DNA of 64,000 nucleotides, counting the filler, from Octopus bimaculoides (lineage: Eukaryota): assembly GCF_001194135.2 (NCBI RefSeq). It is 5 parts of 4 records of this genome, joined end to end, with 100 filler letters (N's around TTAATTAATTAA, not from the genome) between each part and the next. Parts side by side here need not be neighbours in the genome. Positions count along the whole stretch, not along the records: positions 12,273 to 30,947 come from NC_068990.1; positions 31,048 to 57,879 come from NC_068982.1; 3 more parts are not named here. One strand, written 5' to 3'. Below, piece by piece: positions 25,753-38,730 of this stretch (positions are counted from its first letter, which is position 1; every line of letters begins with the position of its first letter). A program made the translations under genes and the position numbers. The notes beneath the pieces are model-generated. The model saw only the letters and a list, made by a program, of their open reading frames with translations, was not told the origin of the DNA and did not search any database.

Positions 25753-25910
25753 CATATATACGACGGGCTTCTTTCAGTTTCCGTCTACCAAATCCACTCA
25801 AGGCTTTGGTCGGCCCAAGGTTATAGTACAAGACACTTACCCAAGGTGCCACGCAATGGGACTGAACCCGGAACCATGTTATCGTAAGCAAGCTACTTAC
25901 CACACAGCCA
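25455..25910 (-). mobile_element. Full-length SINE family A with an internal (CA)/(TA) microsatellite
   Basis: Head at 25910, microsatellite at 25650-25760, and (TTTTAC)-like tail at 25455-25475; homologous pieces occur elsewhere in the window. Confidence 0.85.
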
Positions 25911-26570
25911 CTTGTTGTTGTTGTGTTGTTGATAATGATGATTAACCTAAGGTGAAAGCTAACCAAGCACACTTATCAAAGACCGTCTTTTTAGGGCTAT
26001 ATAGGAAGGACTACATTTTCCTTTGAATTCTACTTTGATAAGATGGTAGACGTGATTAACTGGAGACTCGACTACTTTTTCTGTCAGTTCGAATAAGTGC
26101 GTAGAGACTTTCTCACTGGTTTGTTGACATATGTGTATTTAAAAATGGCTGCCTTGACTTCTCCATGGTGCAATTATTCCAGTTTCTACAAACCCTCTTG
26201 GGTCAACTCATTTGTTAAAACATGTATGGCTGTGTAGTTAAGAAGCTCGTTTCGCTTTATGTGGTTTGGTTCAATCTGACAGCGCAGCGTTTTAAGCAAG
26301 TGTCTTCTGTCATGACTCCCGAGTCGGCCAAAGCGTTTTGAATGAAATTTCGTGGACGGAATCTGTGTTGAAGCATGTTTGAAAGACCGTCTGTGTTCTT
26401 GAGTCGTATACTTAATCCAGTATCTGGTTTAATACTACATATCCTTCGAAACATTCCAGTCCAAGGGTTCCAGTCTGAAAATAACATACTTCATTTTCCT
26501 CCACCTGTCTCGGGTAGTCTGAAAGAGGTTAGTGATATTGCTAGCTATCCTCCTCCGAGAACTCATGTTA

Positions 26571-26601
<31 letters not shown>

Positions 26602-26804
26602 ATATTATTTAAAACAATTCGAGAAAACAATCAAAGTATCTTCGACAGTGCTAATTAATCATCGATTAAATTCTTCCTAATTTCAGTAAGATTTTAGCAG
26701 AACCAGTTTACTAGAGCAGGCACTCAATCAAGCAAGCCAGTAAACATGACAAAAACAATGGTTTTTCATTTCTTGTTGATTGGTTATGAGGAATAGGTAG
26801 GATA

Positions 26805-28735
26805 GGGAGTGCTAAGAAATCATTATCGCTACTTCCGGTCCAATTACCTTGTGGCAGACTTAGGCTGAAGTCTGGCAGTCAGCCAGTTTGCCATGTAGAA
26901 TAAAATGGACACATTTACAATTTTATTTAAATACTTGATACTAGACTACGACGACTACTAAAGTTTTTAGATTTATTTAGTTACAACTTTCAATGCCGTC
27001 TCCTTTCTATGGAACAAATTCAAACATTATTAAATCCCACTTTCAAATTGCAAATAAGATATCTAGATGTTATTCATCAGCTTAATGTTTAAATTATCTG
27101 TGTTTCTCGATCACCTTTTCTCTTATTTGAGACCCACAAGACGTTGAAGCCGATGCTTCGGGAACTACTATTTTTAACTGAACTTACTCTGTATATATAA
27201 TAAACTGTTGCTTGCTTCTCCAGAAATTTTTTCTCGCTCTGGACGAACTTTCATTTATCAAAAAAGAAAGTTATGACTATCACAGAAAGTGTTAAGATAT
27301 AACGAATTTTATTATCTTGAGGCTATTTTATATTTTACACTGATCAATAAGACATCTCATTCATATTTAGTTATAAAAGTTGACGAAAAACTACGAACAA
27401 TTGTTTTACGTTGGCGTGTTTAATTATTGCTCTCCAATTATTACATCCGATATATGACTGGTAAAGACAGCTGCTGAAGCTCTAATCAGTGGTTCCTTTA
27501 TAACATCTGCTGCAACCACAGATTTACATCAGCTTATGGCTATATATCAGATCTAAGAATTTTACATTTTCTTCGAAAGATGTTTAAAACCGTGTGGCAA
27601 ATGTATCACATGCTCTGGATTGAAACCACAATTCTATCATCCTCTTCATATCAAACTTAACAAGTCCACACCATCGTCTGAACAGTATCTCTGTTGACTT
27701 TATACGATTGTCTAACATAACTATTTGTTTATGATTATAGATAACCACTCAACGTTTCTCTGTACGTGTACGCGTTCAGATATGATAGCTCCTACAGTAT
27801 TTGATTGTCTTCAATATGTATTCTTGGTTGTACTCCAGCTTTAATCCACTGAAACTAAGGGTCATAATTCATGTCTCGAGAAGTTTGTATTTTTTTGAGA
27901 CGGATAATATTATTCAAACTAAAATAATTCTATAATATCCAACGAGAAGCAGTCAAATACGCTCAAATGAAAACAATAATACTTGCTTTTTATTCAAGAA
28001 AGCAGCCAGAGTAAAAAAAAACAACAAACAAACAAAAAAGAACAAAACAAAGTGTGTGACAATTTAGGGGAATTGCTTAATGCGATGATAATGCGTTTGC
28101 ACTTATGACTAACGCAAAGCCTCTTGAAGGCTAACCAACTTTCACTATCGCACGTCAACGAGACAGTCTTTAACGTTGGTGACTCTGAACCGGGAGAAAT
28201 TTTGCTTACATGATTCAATCCTTAAAAAAAAAAAAGCGGGGTAAAGGTTGATATTATTGATGATATTAAACAAATTAAAGCTGCTCGTTACTGCGCTTCT
28301 ATCAAACATCCAGATGGTCGTATTGGAACTACATCAATTGAAAGTATAGCACCATTTGGAAGACCGAGTTCAACCGAAAATCGATCAAATTCTGATTCCA
28401 TTGAAGATAGATCCACTGATGATTGTCATGATGTCAGCTTTTTGAAGACTCCTACCGAAGCAAATTTTGGTTCTGTTAATAGATAGTGATTTACTGAGAA
28501 GTCGGGCTCCACAAGGATGTGAGAGACAGAACACCGCCGATCAGCGTATCGAAGTAGAAATTACGGACTCATTCAAATTCCTCGTCGCTTAAAGATCCGG
28601 AAAGACGAAAATCTTTGAAATGCCAGTGAACGCTATGAAATAATTATTGCTACTTCCGGTCCAGGTGCAATAAGGTTTGCTTTGGTCGATGGCTGGCAGC
28701 TAGCCATTTACAATAAAAACCAACTTGTTAACACT
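26805..28735 (+). mobile_element. Highly degenerate Gypsy remnant (RNase H and integrase) between two ~110-bp direct repeats
   Basis: Hand translation gives VEADASGTTIF, TVACFSRN, ESVKI*RILLS*GYFIFYTDQ, LRWRV*...YIRYMTGKD, CGKCITCSGLKPQFY, SVDF and KVDIIDD...IKHPDGRIGTTSIESIAPFG. The repeat ttat(c/t)gctacttccggtcca...tggcag...aataaa occurs at 26823 and 28644. Confidence 0.65.
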
Positions 28736-28919
28736 CCTGCTGCGAATACTGAAGCTGAAAATTTTAACGGAATAAAACGATTTTATTCACAGCAACTGTT
28801 TCATGCCACAATCAAGGGAAAGATGATATGATACAGAAAAAATAATACCAGCTTTATTTCATTTTCTGGCCAATGTAATGCTCTTAATGTGGAATATACA
28901 TACATTACACACATACTTA

Positions 28920-29023
<104 letters not shown>

Positions 29024-29129
29024 ATATGGATATATATATTATGGTCACTCTACCTGCAAGAAATACCAGCCAAATTATACACTACCATCTTAAAAAAGAA
29101 AGAGCATATTGTAATAATGTAATTTAGTG

Positions 29130-29290
29130 CAGCCAGCGTTGATGTGTTTACATCCTCGTAACTTAGCGGTAAGAGGTTGACAGAATAAGTCAGGCTTAAT
29201 AAGTACCGAGGTCGATTCATTTGACTGAAATTCTTCAAGGCTGTGCCCCAGCATGGCCTCAGTGTAATGACAGAAACAAGTAAAAGATAG
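29130..29290 (+). mobile_element. SINE family A, 3' half
   Basis: taacttagcggt...agaataagt...ggtcgattc...ccagcatggcc...tgacagaaacaagtaaaaga matches the reverse complement of 25455-25620. Confidence 0.7.
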
Positions 29291-32200
29291 AACACAAATA
29301 TAAAAACAGCAACAACAACAACATATAACACCAATAGACACATAACAATACGTGCACATATACACGTACGCGCGCACATATGTACGTCAGCATATACGCG
29401 AAACACGCTAACGCAGTAAACATACGCATATACATACAGAAGGACAAAAGCATACCTAAACATACACTAAAACACACACTTAACACTCACACAGATACAC
29501 AAAAATTTGCGCACAAACACACTGCACACATGTACATACGTAACGTATACGCGTGTACACATATACATACACATATACGTGCGCGCACGCATACTCAGAC
29601 ATGCACTAATACACCTACGCACGAACACATTCAAATACATACATGCATACATTCATACATACATACATACAAACACCACACACACATACATACATACATA
29701 CATACATACATACATACATACATACATACATACGGACACTGATATCCACATACACCCACATACACACGTGAATAAACATGCGCGCGCATCCGCAACAGTT
29801 AAACGCCAAAATGAAATATATTTTTCTGTAAATATACACCACAAAAATTAATAATAAAATAATTAATATAATTCTTCTATTTAAAAGCCACGATTCTCGC
29901 CCATTTACAGGAAAATTCTCTCGACTAAAACCTGAATTAATTAGAAATATATATTTCTTGGCGAAAATTGTCCAGTTTTTAATGAAATAATGGGGAAATT
30001 GAGAATTTGGTTGGGGGACATGATGGGAGAAATCGGTGGGGGTGGGGGTGACATTAATAGAGTGAATGGCGTTTACGGTTTGGAAAGAAAGTGGGAGGAA
30101 AATCACGTGGTTTAATTTTGCATGGCTGGCTTCATTTTCTTAAGTGGTCCATGTATATGTATGCATATATGTATACACGCATATACGTATATTACATATA
30201 TATACATACNNNNNNNNNNACACACATACATACATACATACATACATACATACATACAAACACCACACATACTCTCAAAAACTTAAAGGAGATCATAAAC
30301 ACATCGCACAGACAAACAGAGACACAAACACCCAACACACCATACATACACACATACGCACACGCCCACATACACATGTATACATAGGTACATATGTACA
30401 AAACATGTCTCTGAATATAAAAGCCAAACTACAAGCTACATATAATCGAGACATCCATGTTTATTCATATTTAATGGCGGAGATTTACGTTTGTAAGTGC
30501 ATCACAGCCTATGTAGAGAGAAATACCTAATTTAATAGCTTAACAGTCCGTTGTTGAAGAGCATTGTTCCCTTTCTCCAGTTTGTCCTCCCCCACCGCTA
30601 TCACCAACTTGTATCCAACCTCTTTAAATCACATTCCTTACTGATGTTCGCTTGTTTCCTTTTCATTTCTGCTTACTTTTTCTTTCTTTTCGCTATTCTT
30701 TTTTTTCCATTGAGCAGACGATACTGAGAATCCATGTGCTTCCGTTTAGTCTGCTTTTAAACCTCTGCATCAGCAACAACAGTGACAATAGCAGTAGCAG
30801 CAGCAATGCTCTTTCCTCTCCCCTCCCCTCTCTCTACAGATGTGCATGTGTGTGTGTATACATACATACATACACACACACATATATATTATATATATAT
30901 ATTTTTATATATATTATATATGTATATATATATATGTATATATATATNNNNNNNNNNNNNNNNNNNNNNNNNNNNNNNNNNNNNNNNNNNNTTAATTAAT
31001 TAANNNNNNNNNNNNNNNNNNNNNNNNNNNNNNNNNNNNNNNNNNNNAGACGACGTATGAGGGACCATGTCAAATGTCGAAATGATCGCAGAGCAATGTG
31101 AAATGAAGTATTTTGCTCAAGAACACAACGCAACACCTAGACAACTGCAGTTCGAAACAATGAGAATTAAACGAAATATTTAACGCTTTGGGGATGAGAA
31201 AGTGATCAATTTTGTTTGATATAAAGGTAAATGGATATGTCTAGATACTAGTTGAGACTACGTAGTTGAGAATGGCAAACAGGTACCGTTGTAGAGTGGA
31301 TGAAAAGATAGAGAGAGAACGAGAGAGAAAAAATATTCTTTGATACAGTGGATGTTGAGTAACTGATTATTTTTTTGTTTGTGTGTAGCATTGACTCTAT
31401 CTAGATATGTAAGTGGCACTCTAACGTAGTGCACACTTGAGTTTTGTTGACGGGCAGCCACTGGTTAAGACTGAATTAGTTTCTGAATTTGAATATGAAA
31501 TCTTTATGATAAAGTTTCGGTAATGCTGTAAATGTTATTGATTAAGCTAGGGACATATATTACCGAGGATTGGCGTATCTGTATATATAAACTGACCAAG
31601 CATATACACGCACTCATACATACACGAACGCGCGTGCACACACGCACACATACACACACAAATGGTCTATTTGTAGTATGTTTTTAATTGGTAAAATATT
31701 TGAGCCAATATTTCTGACAAATCAAAGGACGGGGGTTCTGCTCATTATTTTTGCATATCTTCCTCGATTAGTGAAATTCGTGCAGTTGTTCAGTTTGAAG
31801 ATGTGTACGTGTATGCGTGTGTGCGTATGAACATGCGTGCGTGCGTGCGTGAGTGTGTGTGTGCGCGCGCCTGTGCGTGTGTATGTATAGGAAAAACGTG
31901 GTCAATGTAGAAACACATTACCTCCTCGATGAACTCCGCATAAAACAAACGGAAGTTCGATCAATTAGTTGACTGGAAGTACCAGAACAAGCATCGGTAG
32001 GGGCCGTGTGCAAGAGAAAGATGAGGGAATGATCACATAGTGGTTCCGATGGGCGCATAAATTATGATAATTCTCAAACGAGAAAGAGTGTACGGATAGG
32101 TGTTGGTACTTATTGGTGCAGACTATTGAAAATAGCAAACGACCCCTTTTATACATTAGAAGCATCAGTGCCGGATGATTGACAGAGAGCGAAATCGAGT

Positions 32201-33074
32201 TTATACGTTGAACTCACCGAGATGTCCTCGCTGGTGAACCAAATTTGGAGGTCAGTAAAAAACAGCAGATGAATTTAAAGGAGTAAAAAAGAGATCCTTC
32301 GAGTCAAACTAACTGATGATAGCTTGGTGAGAGAGAGAGATATTTTAGGGAAAGTAGGTTATACATTGGCGTAAATATCATCTTTCAGAGCAAAGTTGGA
32401 ATATAAAATATAACATATACAGCAGATATAGCTTAAAAATGAAAGATGAGCGTTTTGTGAGTCAGAGAGGAGGTTAGTATTCGCGGGGAAGCCTCTCGAA
32501 ATCCTATGCTCACTGGAGCACCATTCACAAATATTTATGATTTTATTCATTATAAATTTGCCAGTCTTGACATGGATTACTCTTCTGAGAACGAATTTTT
32601 ATCATACAAATAACGAATATTCAATTATGATATAATCTACTGTCAAAACCTCGATGAGACGGTGCATAAATATGAAATGACACAAAACTGGATTATTCAA
32701 GTCTTTCTCTGCTATCTTTCATTACATGTTGAATAAGTCGACACGATTGCAATACGTTTCAGAAGATTTCTAACGTCGCTCGTTTAATAAAACTTGTTAA
32801 TCGTTTATTTTCTCTCGTTATTAGTAACACTGGAGTGAGATTACAAGAGATACATAAATAAAAGAAAGAAAGAAAAAAAAAAGAAAGAAAGAAAGAAAAG
32901 GAAAAAAAGGAAGAAAGCTTCAAAATGATTTATTCAACCGAAAGGAATGCTCTAAGATAATTTTTGCTGTGGAAAATATAGTTTTCGGCCATCATAAAAA
33001 TAACTCCAATTTCAGCTTCAATGTGACTTGCTATTACGCTGGAAGAGATAAACTGCATCTGCTGAATTGATGTT

Positions 33075-33138
<64 letters not shown>

Positions 33139-33916
33139 TGTGCACGTGTATCTGCGCGCGCGCGTGTGTGCAAAACAAAACAAAACGATATCACAGTTAA
33201 CTTGGAATGAAAGTTAGTTTGATATCAAAAGATATTTTTTCACAACAAAAATTATTGCGAGAACTCTGGTTGGGTTACAAATTTTGAAAGGCATTGCCTA
33301 TTTGTGTAAAAACAATAATTCCGGTGTCAAAAAGAGAAGGCGAAAATAAACGGTAAACATAAACTTTATAACATTTGTCGTATTTCCGGCCCCATTTTCT
33401 ACCCGAATCTTACCGTAATCAATCGTCGAAGGAATAGTACACTTTCACCCCTATTAAACAGTTGCTCTCTTAAGTACAGAGAAGCAGCATGATAAACAGT
33501 ACAGCGGAAACTGCTAATTTTGTTTGTGACACCTTTCTCTCTCCGTATCATTTATAACTGTCTAGCAACATTAATGATACTTCTGTCTCGGCGCTCATGA
33601 CATTCAGTTTCGCCGCCGCCGCCGCCTCACAGCAGTAGCAACAACAACAACAATTTTTTTTCCAGTTCTTAAGATTCATGACTATAGGTTCCAAATTTGA
33701 AGTAGCATTGTTAAGATAAGGAGAAGAAAAGAGCCGAGGACTGAAAATTGCTGCGGGATGAAATACAAAATACGAAAGAGTGACAAAAGAAAAAGGGAAT
33801 GAAAGAGGGAGAGAGAAAGGAACGGAGGGGGAGTCAGAGAAAGAGAGGAGAGGGGAGAGAGAGAAAGAGAGAGAGAATGAGTGAGAGAGAAAGAGTGAGT
33901 GAGTAAGAAAGAGAAA

Positions 33917-33955
<39 letters not shown>

Positions 33956-34468
33956 CGTGTGAGAGAAATTGTGTTTGTGTAGCCCCAAGTCAGGTCTGAT
34001 TGAGCAGACAAAGTACGCAGAGATGGGCGCATTAAACTTGGTCAGAGCGGGAAAGTTACTGTCTCCTGTTGTTACCCATCACAGTGCTTAAGGTTAATAA
34101 TGAAGCTCTTGAGGTTGTAGCTATTTGTGAGTGTATGTGTGTGTGTTTTATTTAAACATATTTGCCTATACCGAGTAAGAGAAAGAGATAGGTGTTTTAG
34201 TAATTTTATTATAATAGTGTTCGTGGTGTTACATATACACAACAGAAAGTATTCAGGCTAACCTGAATGTCACGTAGGAGGTAATCAATAGTTGCATGTA
34301 TTATTACATAATGTTGTAAGATCGATTATATTGAACAAAGACGAAACAGTTGAACTTGTAACACATAATACAGATCTATATTTAAGAGATGAGGAATTAT
34401 GTACATTATTTACATTATTTACATTTGATGGATATTTGCCCTCATCTTGATTGTTAACACAACGTTTC

Positions 34469-34540
34469 GGCATATGGCGTAGTGGTTACTAGAGCGCGAG
34501 CTACTAACCCCAAGATTCCAAGTTCGATTCCAAGCAGTGA

Positions 34541-34591
<51 letters not shown>

Positions 34592-34618
34592 TAATAATAA
34601 TAATAATGACAATAACAA
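34469..34618 (+). mobile_element. Minimal tRNA-derived SINE: 76-bp tRNA-like head followed directly by (AAT)n
   Basis: A box TGGCGTAGTGG (34475-85) and B box GTTCGATTC (34522-30). No convincing acceptor stem, so not called as a tRNA gene. Confidence 0.7.
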
Positions 34619-34912
34619 GAACATTCTTTTCATAGAAAGAATAACAAACGAGTTTGACAGGCGACAGAATAGAATGAGAATACGGCTGACATGACTTGCG
34701 AAAGAAATGAAGAAAATGAAGAAAAAGGAATTTAAAGGAGAATGAGAAAACTTATAATTCTAAATAGCATCGTGAATTGAAGGTCATCTAAATAAATCAG
34801 CATCCTTTTATTGNNNNNNNNNNNNNNNNNNNNNNNNNNNNNNNNNNNNNNNNNNNNNNNNNNNNNNNNNNNNNNNNNNNNNNNNNNNNNNNNNNNNNNN
34901 NNNNNNNNNNNN

Positions 34913-35850
34913 NGTCAACTGAATGGTGGTGGAATGGAGATATTGTATGTAAATGGGTACATTTTTGAAATGGGCTGCAATGGGAGACATTAACGGGAAA
35001 GTGAACTGTTGAAAGAGGTTGAGGAGAAGCTGGTCGTGCTGGAAATCTTACCTTACCGCCTGAGCAGCACATGCCACTAGTTTCATTTGGAAATTTGAAA
35101 GCTTTGCAGAAACAACAATTTGAGTGTAGCACACCAATTTGTACATGATTATCGTTTTTATAAGAATGGGATAGATCATATCTGAGAGCAACTCCTGGTG
35201 TTGTGAAGAACGAATTTGCATGTGGTCTATTTGAGAGCTATTATATTGAACCTCTGTTTAATCTGGCGTGCTAAACGTTGTCCTAATGACTCAGCATTAA
35301 GTACTGCAGTATGCCTTAGTTGATCTTGGGAAAGTCTCATCTCCCTTCTTTCTTGAAACTCCATTTGACGTACTGCAGCATGCCTCTGCTGATCTTGAGA
35401 AAGTCTCATCTCCTTTCTCTGTTGAGACACTCGCCTTCGGTTTTCTGCAATCGTCCTCGCTTTATACAGGTTTCTGGAAAGATTACGTCTTTTCTTTGGT
35501 GGCATATTTTTTCAATATTGTAAAGAAAAAATTATGAACAGAGAAAAAAATATACATTAATCTCTATTTTTGTAAGAGTTGTATGTATAAAATATGTCCA
35601 TATTTTTGTATGCAGTGTAAATTAACGAAATATAAACAAATGAACGAAATAGCACGTATATGGAACTGCTAATTTAACGGTAAATGCTACAATAATTATT
35701 ACAGAGAGACAAAGAATTTTATATTTTACCTTGCAACTGCTGCGATAATTATTAACTGGTAATGGAACAATAAATGTGTATTCTTTTAAAGGAAATGAAA
35801 ATAAAATTTCGCATTGACACTGGCCAGACCGCACTTCGTGCACGTCAGTC
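34913..35850 (-). mobile_element. Helitron 5' remnant (N-terminus of Rep/helicase ORF)
   Basis: MPPKKRRNLSR...RLSQDQQRHAAVR (R/Q/E-rich repeats), then CCFCKAFKFPNETSGMCCSGGKVRFPARPASPQPL, a Cys motif typical of Helitron RepHel N-termini; cut by a gap. Confidence 0.7.
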
Positions 35851-36159
35851 GTCCACTGAGTATATAACACAAGCAACACACATCAAGGAGAAAGAGACAA
35901 AAATAAAATAACACATGTTAAAATTCGTTTTTCTAAAAACATTCCATGACGTTAACTGGAGTGTGGGGTTCGAGTAAACGTCATTCCACCTTTTCATTTA
36001 TCATTACTATTCTTTTCATTGGATTTTATTTTTTACTCACTTATGTGTTTTGTCTGTCCCTGTGCTGTCCCCTCTGTGGTTAACAAATAAATCAAGTCGT
36101 CAGGTACGTATTTGTATGTATAGATGTGTGTATGTTTAATAACGTACTGTATATAGTAT

Positions 36160-36353
36160 GTCTGTATTTTTGTATGCAGTGTAAATTAACGAAATAGAAG
36201 CACGTATACAGAGAGACAAAGAGTTTTATATTTTACCTTGCAATTGCTGCAATAACTATTAACTGGTAATGGAACAGTAAATGTATGTGTACTGTTTTAA
36301 AGGAAATGAAAATAAAATTTCGTATTGACACTTCACGCATGTCAGTCGTCAGA
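36160..36353 (-). mobile_element. Second, internally deleted copy of the Helitron 5' non-coding end
   Basis: Aligns to 35600-35850; the minus strand begins A|TC (tctgacgactgac) at 36353. Confidence 0.55.
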
Positions 36354-36366
36354 TATGTATGTGTAG

Positions 36367-36403
<37 letters not shown>

Positions 36404-37334
36404 CGTGCGTGTGCGTGCGTGCTCGTGTTTAATAACGTACCANNNNNNNNNNNNNNNNNNNNNNNNNNNNNNNNNNNNNNNNNNNNNNNNNNNNNNNNNN
36501 NNNNNNNNNNNNNNNNNNNNNNNNNNNNNNNNNNNNNNNNNNNNNNNNNNNNNNNNNNNNNNNNNNNNNNNNNNNNNNNNNNNNNNNNNNNNNNNNNNNN
36601 NNNNNNNNNNNNNNNNNNNNNNNNNNNNNNNNNNNNNNNNNNNNNNNNNNNNNNNNNNNNNNNNNNNNNNNNNNNNNNNNNNNNNNNNNNNNNNNNNNNN
36701 NNNNNNNNNNNNNNNNNNNNNNNNNNNNNNNNNNNNNNNNNNNNNNNNNNNNNNNNNNNNNNNNNNNNNNNNNNNNNNNNNNNNNNNNNNNNNNNNNNNN
36801 NNNNNNNNNNNNNNNNNNNNNNNNNNNNNNNNNNNNNNNNNNNNNNNNNNNNNNNNNNNNNNNNNNNNNNNNNNNNNNNNNNNNNNNNNNNNNNNNNNNN
36901 NNNNNNNNNNNNNNNNNNNNNNNNNNNNNNNNNNNNNNNNNNNNNNNNNNNNNNNNNNNNNNNNNNNNNNNNNNNNNNNNNNNNNNNNNNNNNNNNNNNN
37001 NNNNNNNNNNNNNNNNNNNNNNNNNNNNNNNNNNNNNNNNNNNNNNNNNNNNNNNNNNNNNNNNNNNNNNNNNNNNNNNNNNNNNNNNNNNNNNNNNNNN
37101 NNNNNNNNNNNNNNNNNNNNNNNNNNNNNNNNNNNNNNNNNNNNNNNNNNNNNNNNNNNNNNNNNNNNNNNNNNNNNNNNNNNNNNNNNNNNNNNNNNNN
37201 NNNNNNNNNNNNNNNNNNNNNNNNNNNNNNNNNNNNNNNNNNNNNNNNNNNNNNNNNNNNNNNNNNNNNNNNNNNNNNNNNNNNNNNNNNNNNNNNNNNN
37301 NNNNNNNNNNNNNNNNNNNNNNNNNNNNNNNNNN

Positions 37335-37497
37335 CGAAGAATTCTTGCAGTTCCAAACAATGCTGATTTTTGTAGGTGTTCTACCTTCACAGTTGCACCA
37401 ATCTTTTTCAGCCATGTTGGTATTTAAATGCTGATACTTCCAAGTGCACCAATTACTACTGGTATCACGTCTACTCTCTTCATTGAGGACAACCTTC

Positions 37498-37498
<1 letters not shown>
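37335..37498 (-). mobile_element. Dong-type LINE C-terminal fragment
   Basis: RVDVIPVVIGALGS...KIGATVKVEHLQKSALFGTARILR, adjoining an (ATT)n tract. Confidence 0.8.
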
Positions 37499-37555
<57 letters not shown>

Positions 37556-38730
37556 GCTGTTGTTGTTGTTATTATTATTATTATTATATAATCAGAGCTT
37601 TATATACACGTTACGATGTTTCGAGTTTCATGTGCTGGCTGGCAGAAACTTTAAGATTTGGTGTTTACTGCTTCAACAAACTGTCAACTGTTCGCATGAT
37701 CAGAGTCTACATCATTTTCAGAGTTTTTGTTTCGATGTATAACTGGTATAAGTACAGCCTGTAACGATGCATAATGTGGTGTTTTGTGTACTTTGTAGCA
37801 GGCTGTGATATGATATGGAAAGATGAAGGGGAGCGGGTAGGGCTGGTGTAATTCACAATTCAATAAGAAACGTCATTCAGGAAAATGTGTTCGTGTGTGT
37901 GTGCGTGCGTGTGTGTGTATGTGTGTTTGTGTACGTACGTATGTATGTATGTATGTATGTATGTATGTATGTATGTATGTATGTTTGAATGTATGTATTT
38001 ATTTTTGTATGTATAGGCGTATGTATGCTTGCATGAATGTATGTTTGTGTATAATTAAAATAAGCAAAAACACCTTAAAAATGGACCTGGAGGATTTTAA
38101 ATCGCGAAACCTTCAAGGAAATAGAATACATTATAATAAACAAAATAAGTCATTGTTCGGAATATTGAAACAATTAACGAGATCAAAGGCAGCGGTTATA
38201 GAATGTTGAGAGGCAAACTCCAAATAGATAGAAAGAAACTATTCCATTTGAAGAACAAACCAATCAGAAGCATCAAAAGCCAAATCGATCTTCTCCCAGC
38301 TGACTTAACAACGCAATAACTAAGCAAACAAAAGGTCAATGACATTGAAACTTTAAATCACAATCTTGCCAAATGACTTAATGAAACAGCTGAATACTAC
38401 AGGAAAACAAAGAAATATTCGATATGATGAAGAAACAAAATATTTAAAAAAAACCTTTAAACTCAGCTAGAGACAAGAGACAAACAATGTTACTGCATGA
38501 ACAAGTAAGTAGAAAAATTGAGAAAACAATAGATACATGAACATCATAGAAACAACAACGCTGAGGAGATTTCACAAGATCAAAAACCTGTACTTATTTT
38601 TTTTCCAGTTGGCTTTAAAGACCATATCCAATCTAATCTGAATTGTCCATATTGTCCAGAACCTTCGATCGATTTATAGTATTGGAATTATTTTCTTCGC
38701 TCTTTGTTTTTAGATTTTAAACATCCTAAA

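Noticed and set aside
31915-32070. Possible minus-strand exon (MRPSEPLCDHS...MRSSSR) ending at a GTAATG donor-like site
   Set aside because: No recognisable protein similarity, and no partner exon was identified.
33548-34032. ORFs with CCCCC/AAAAA runs
   Set aside because: Derived from GA, GT and triplet repeats with no domain signature; the region may be a UTR, but there is no supporting evidence.
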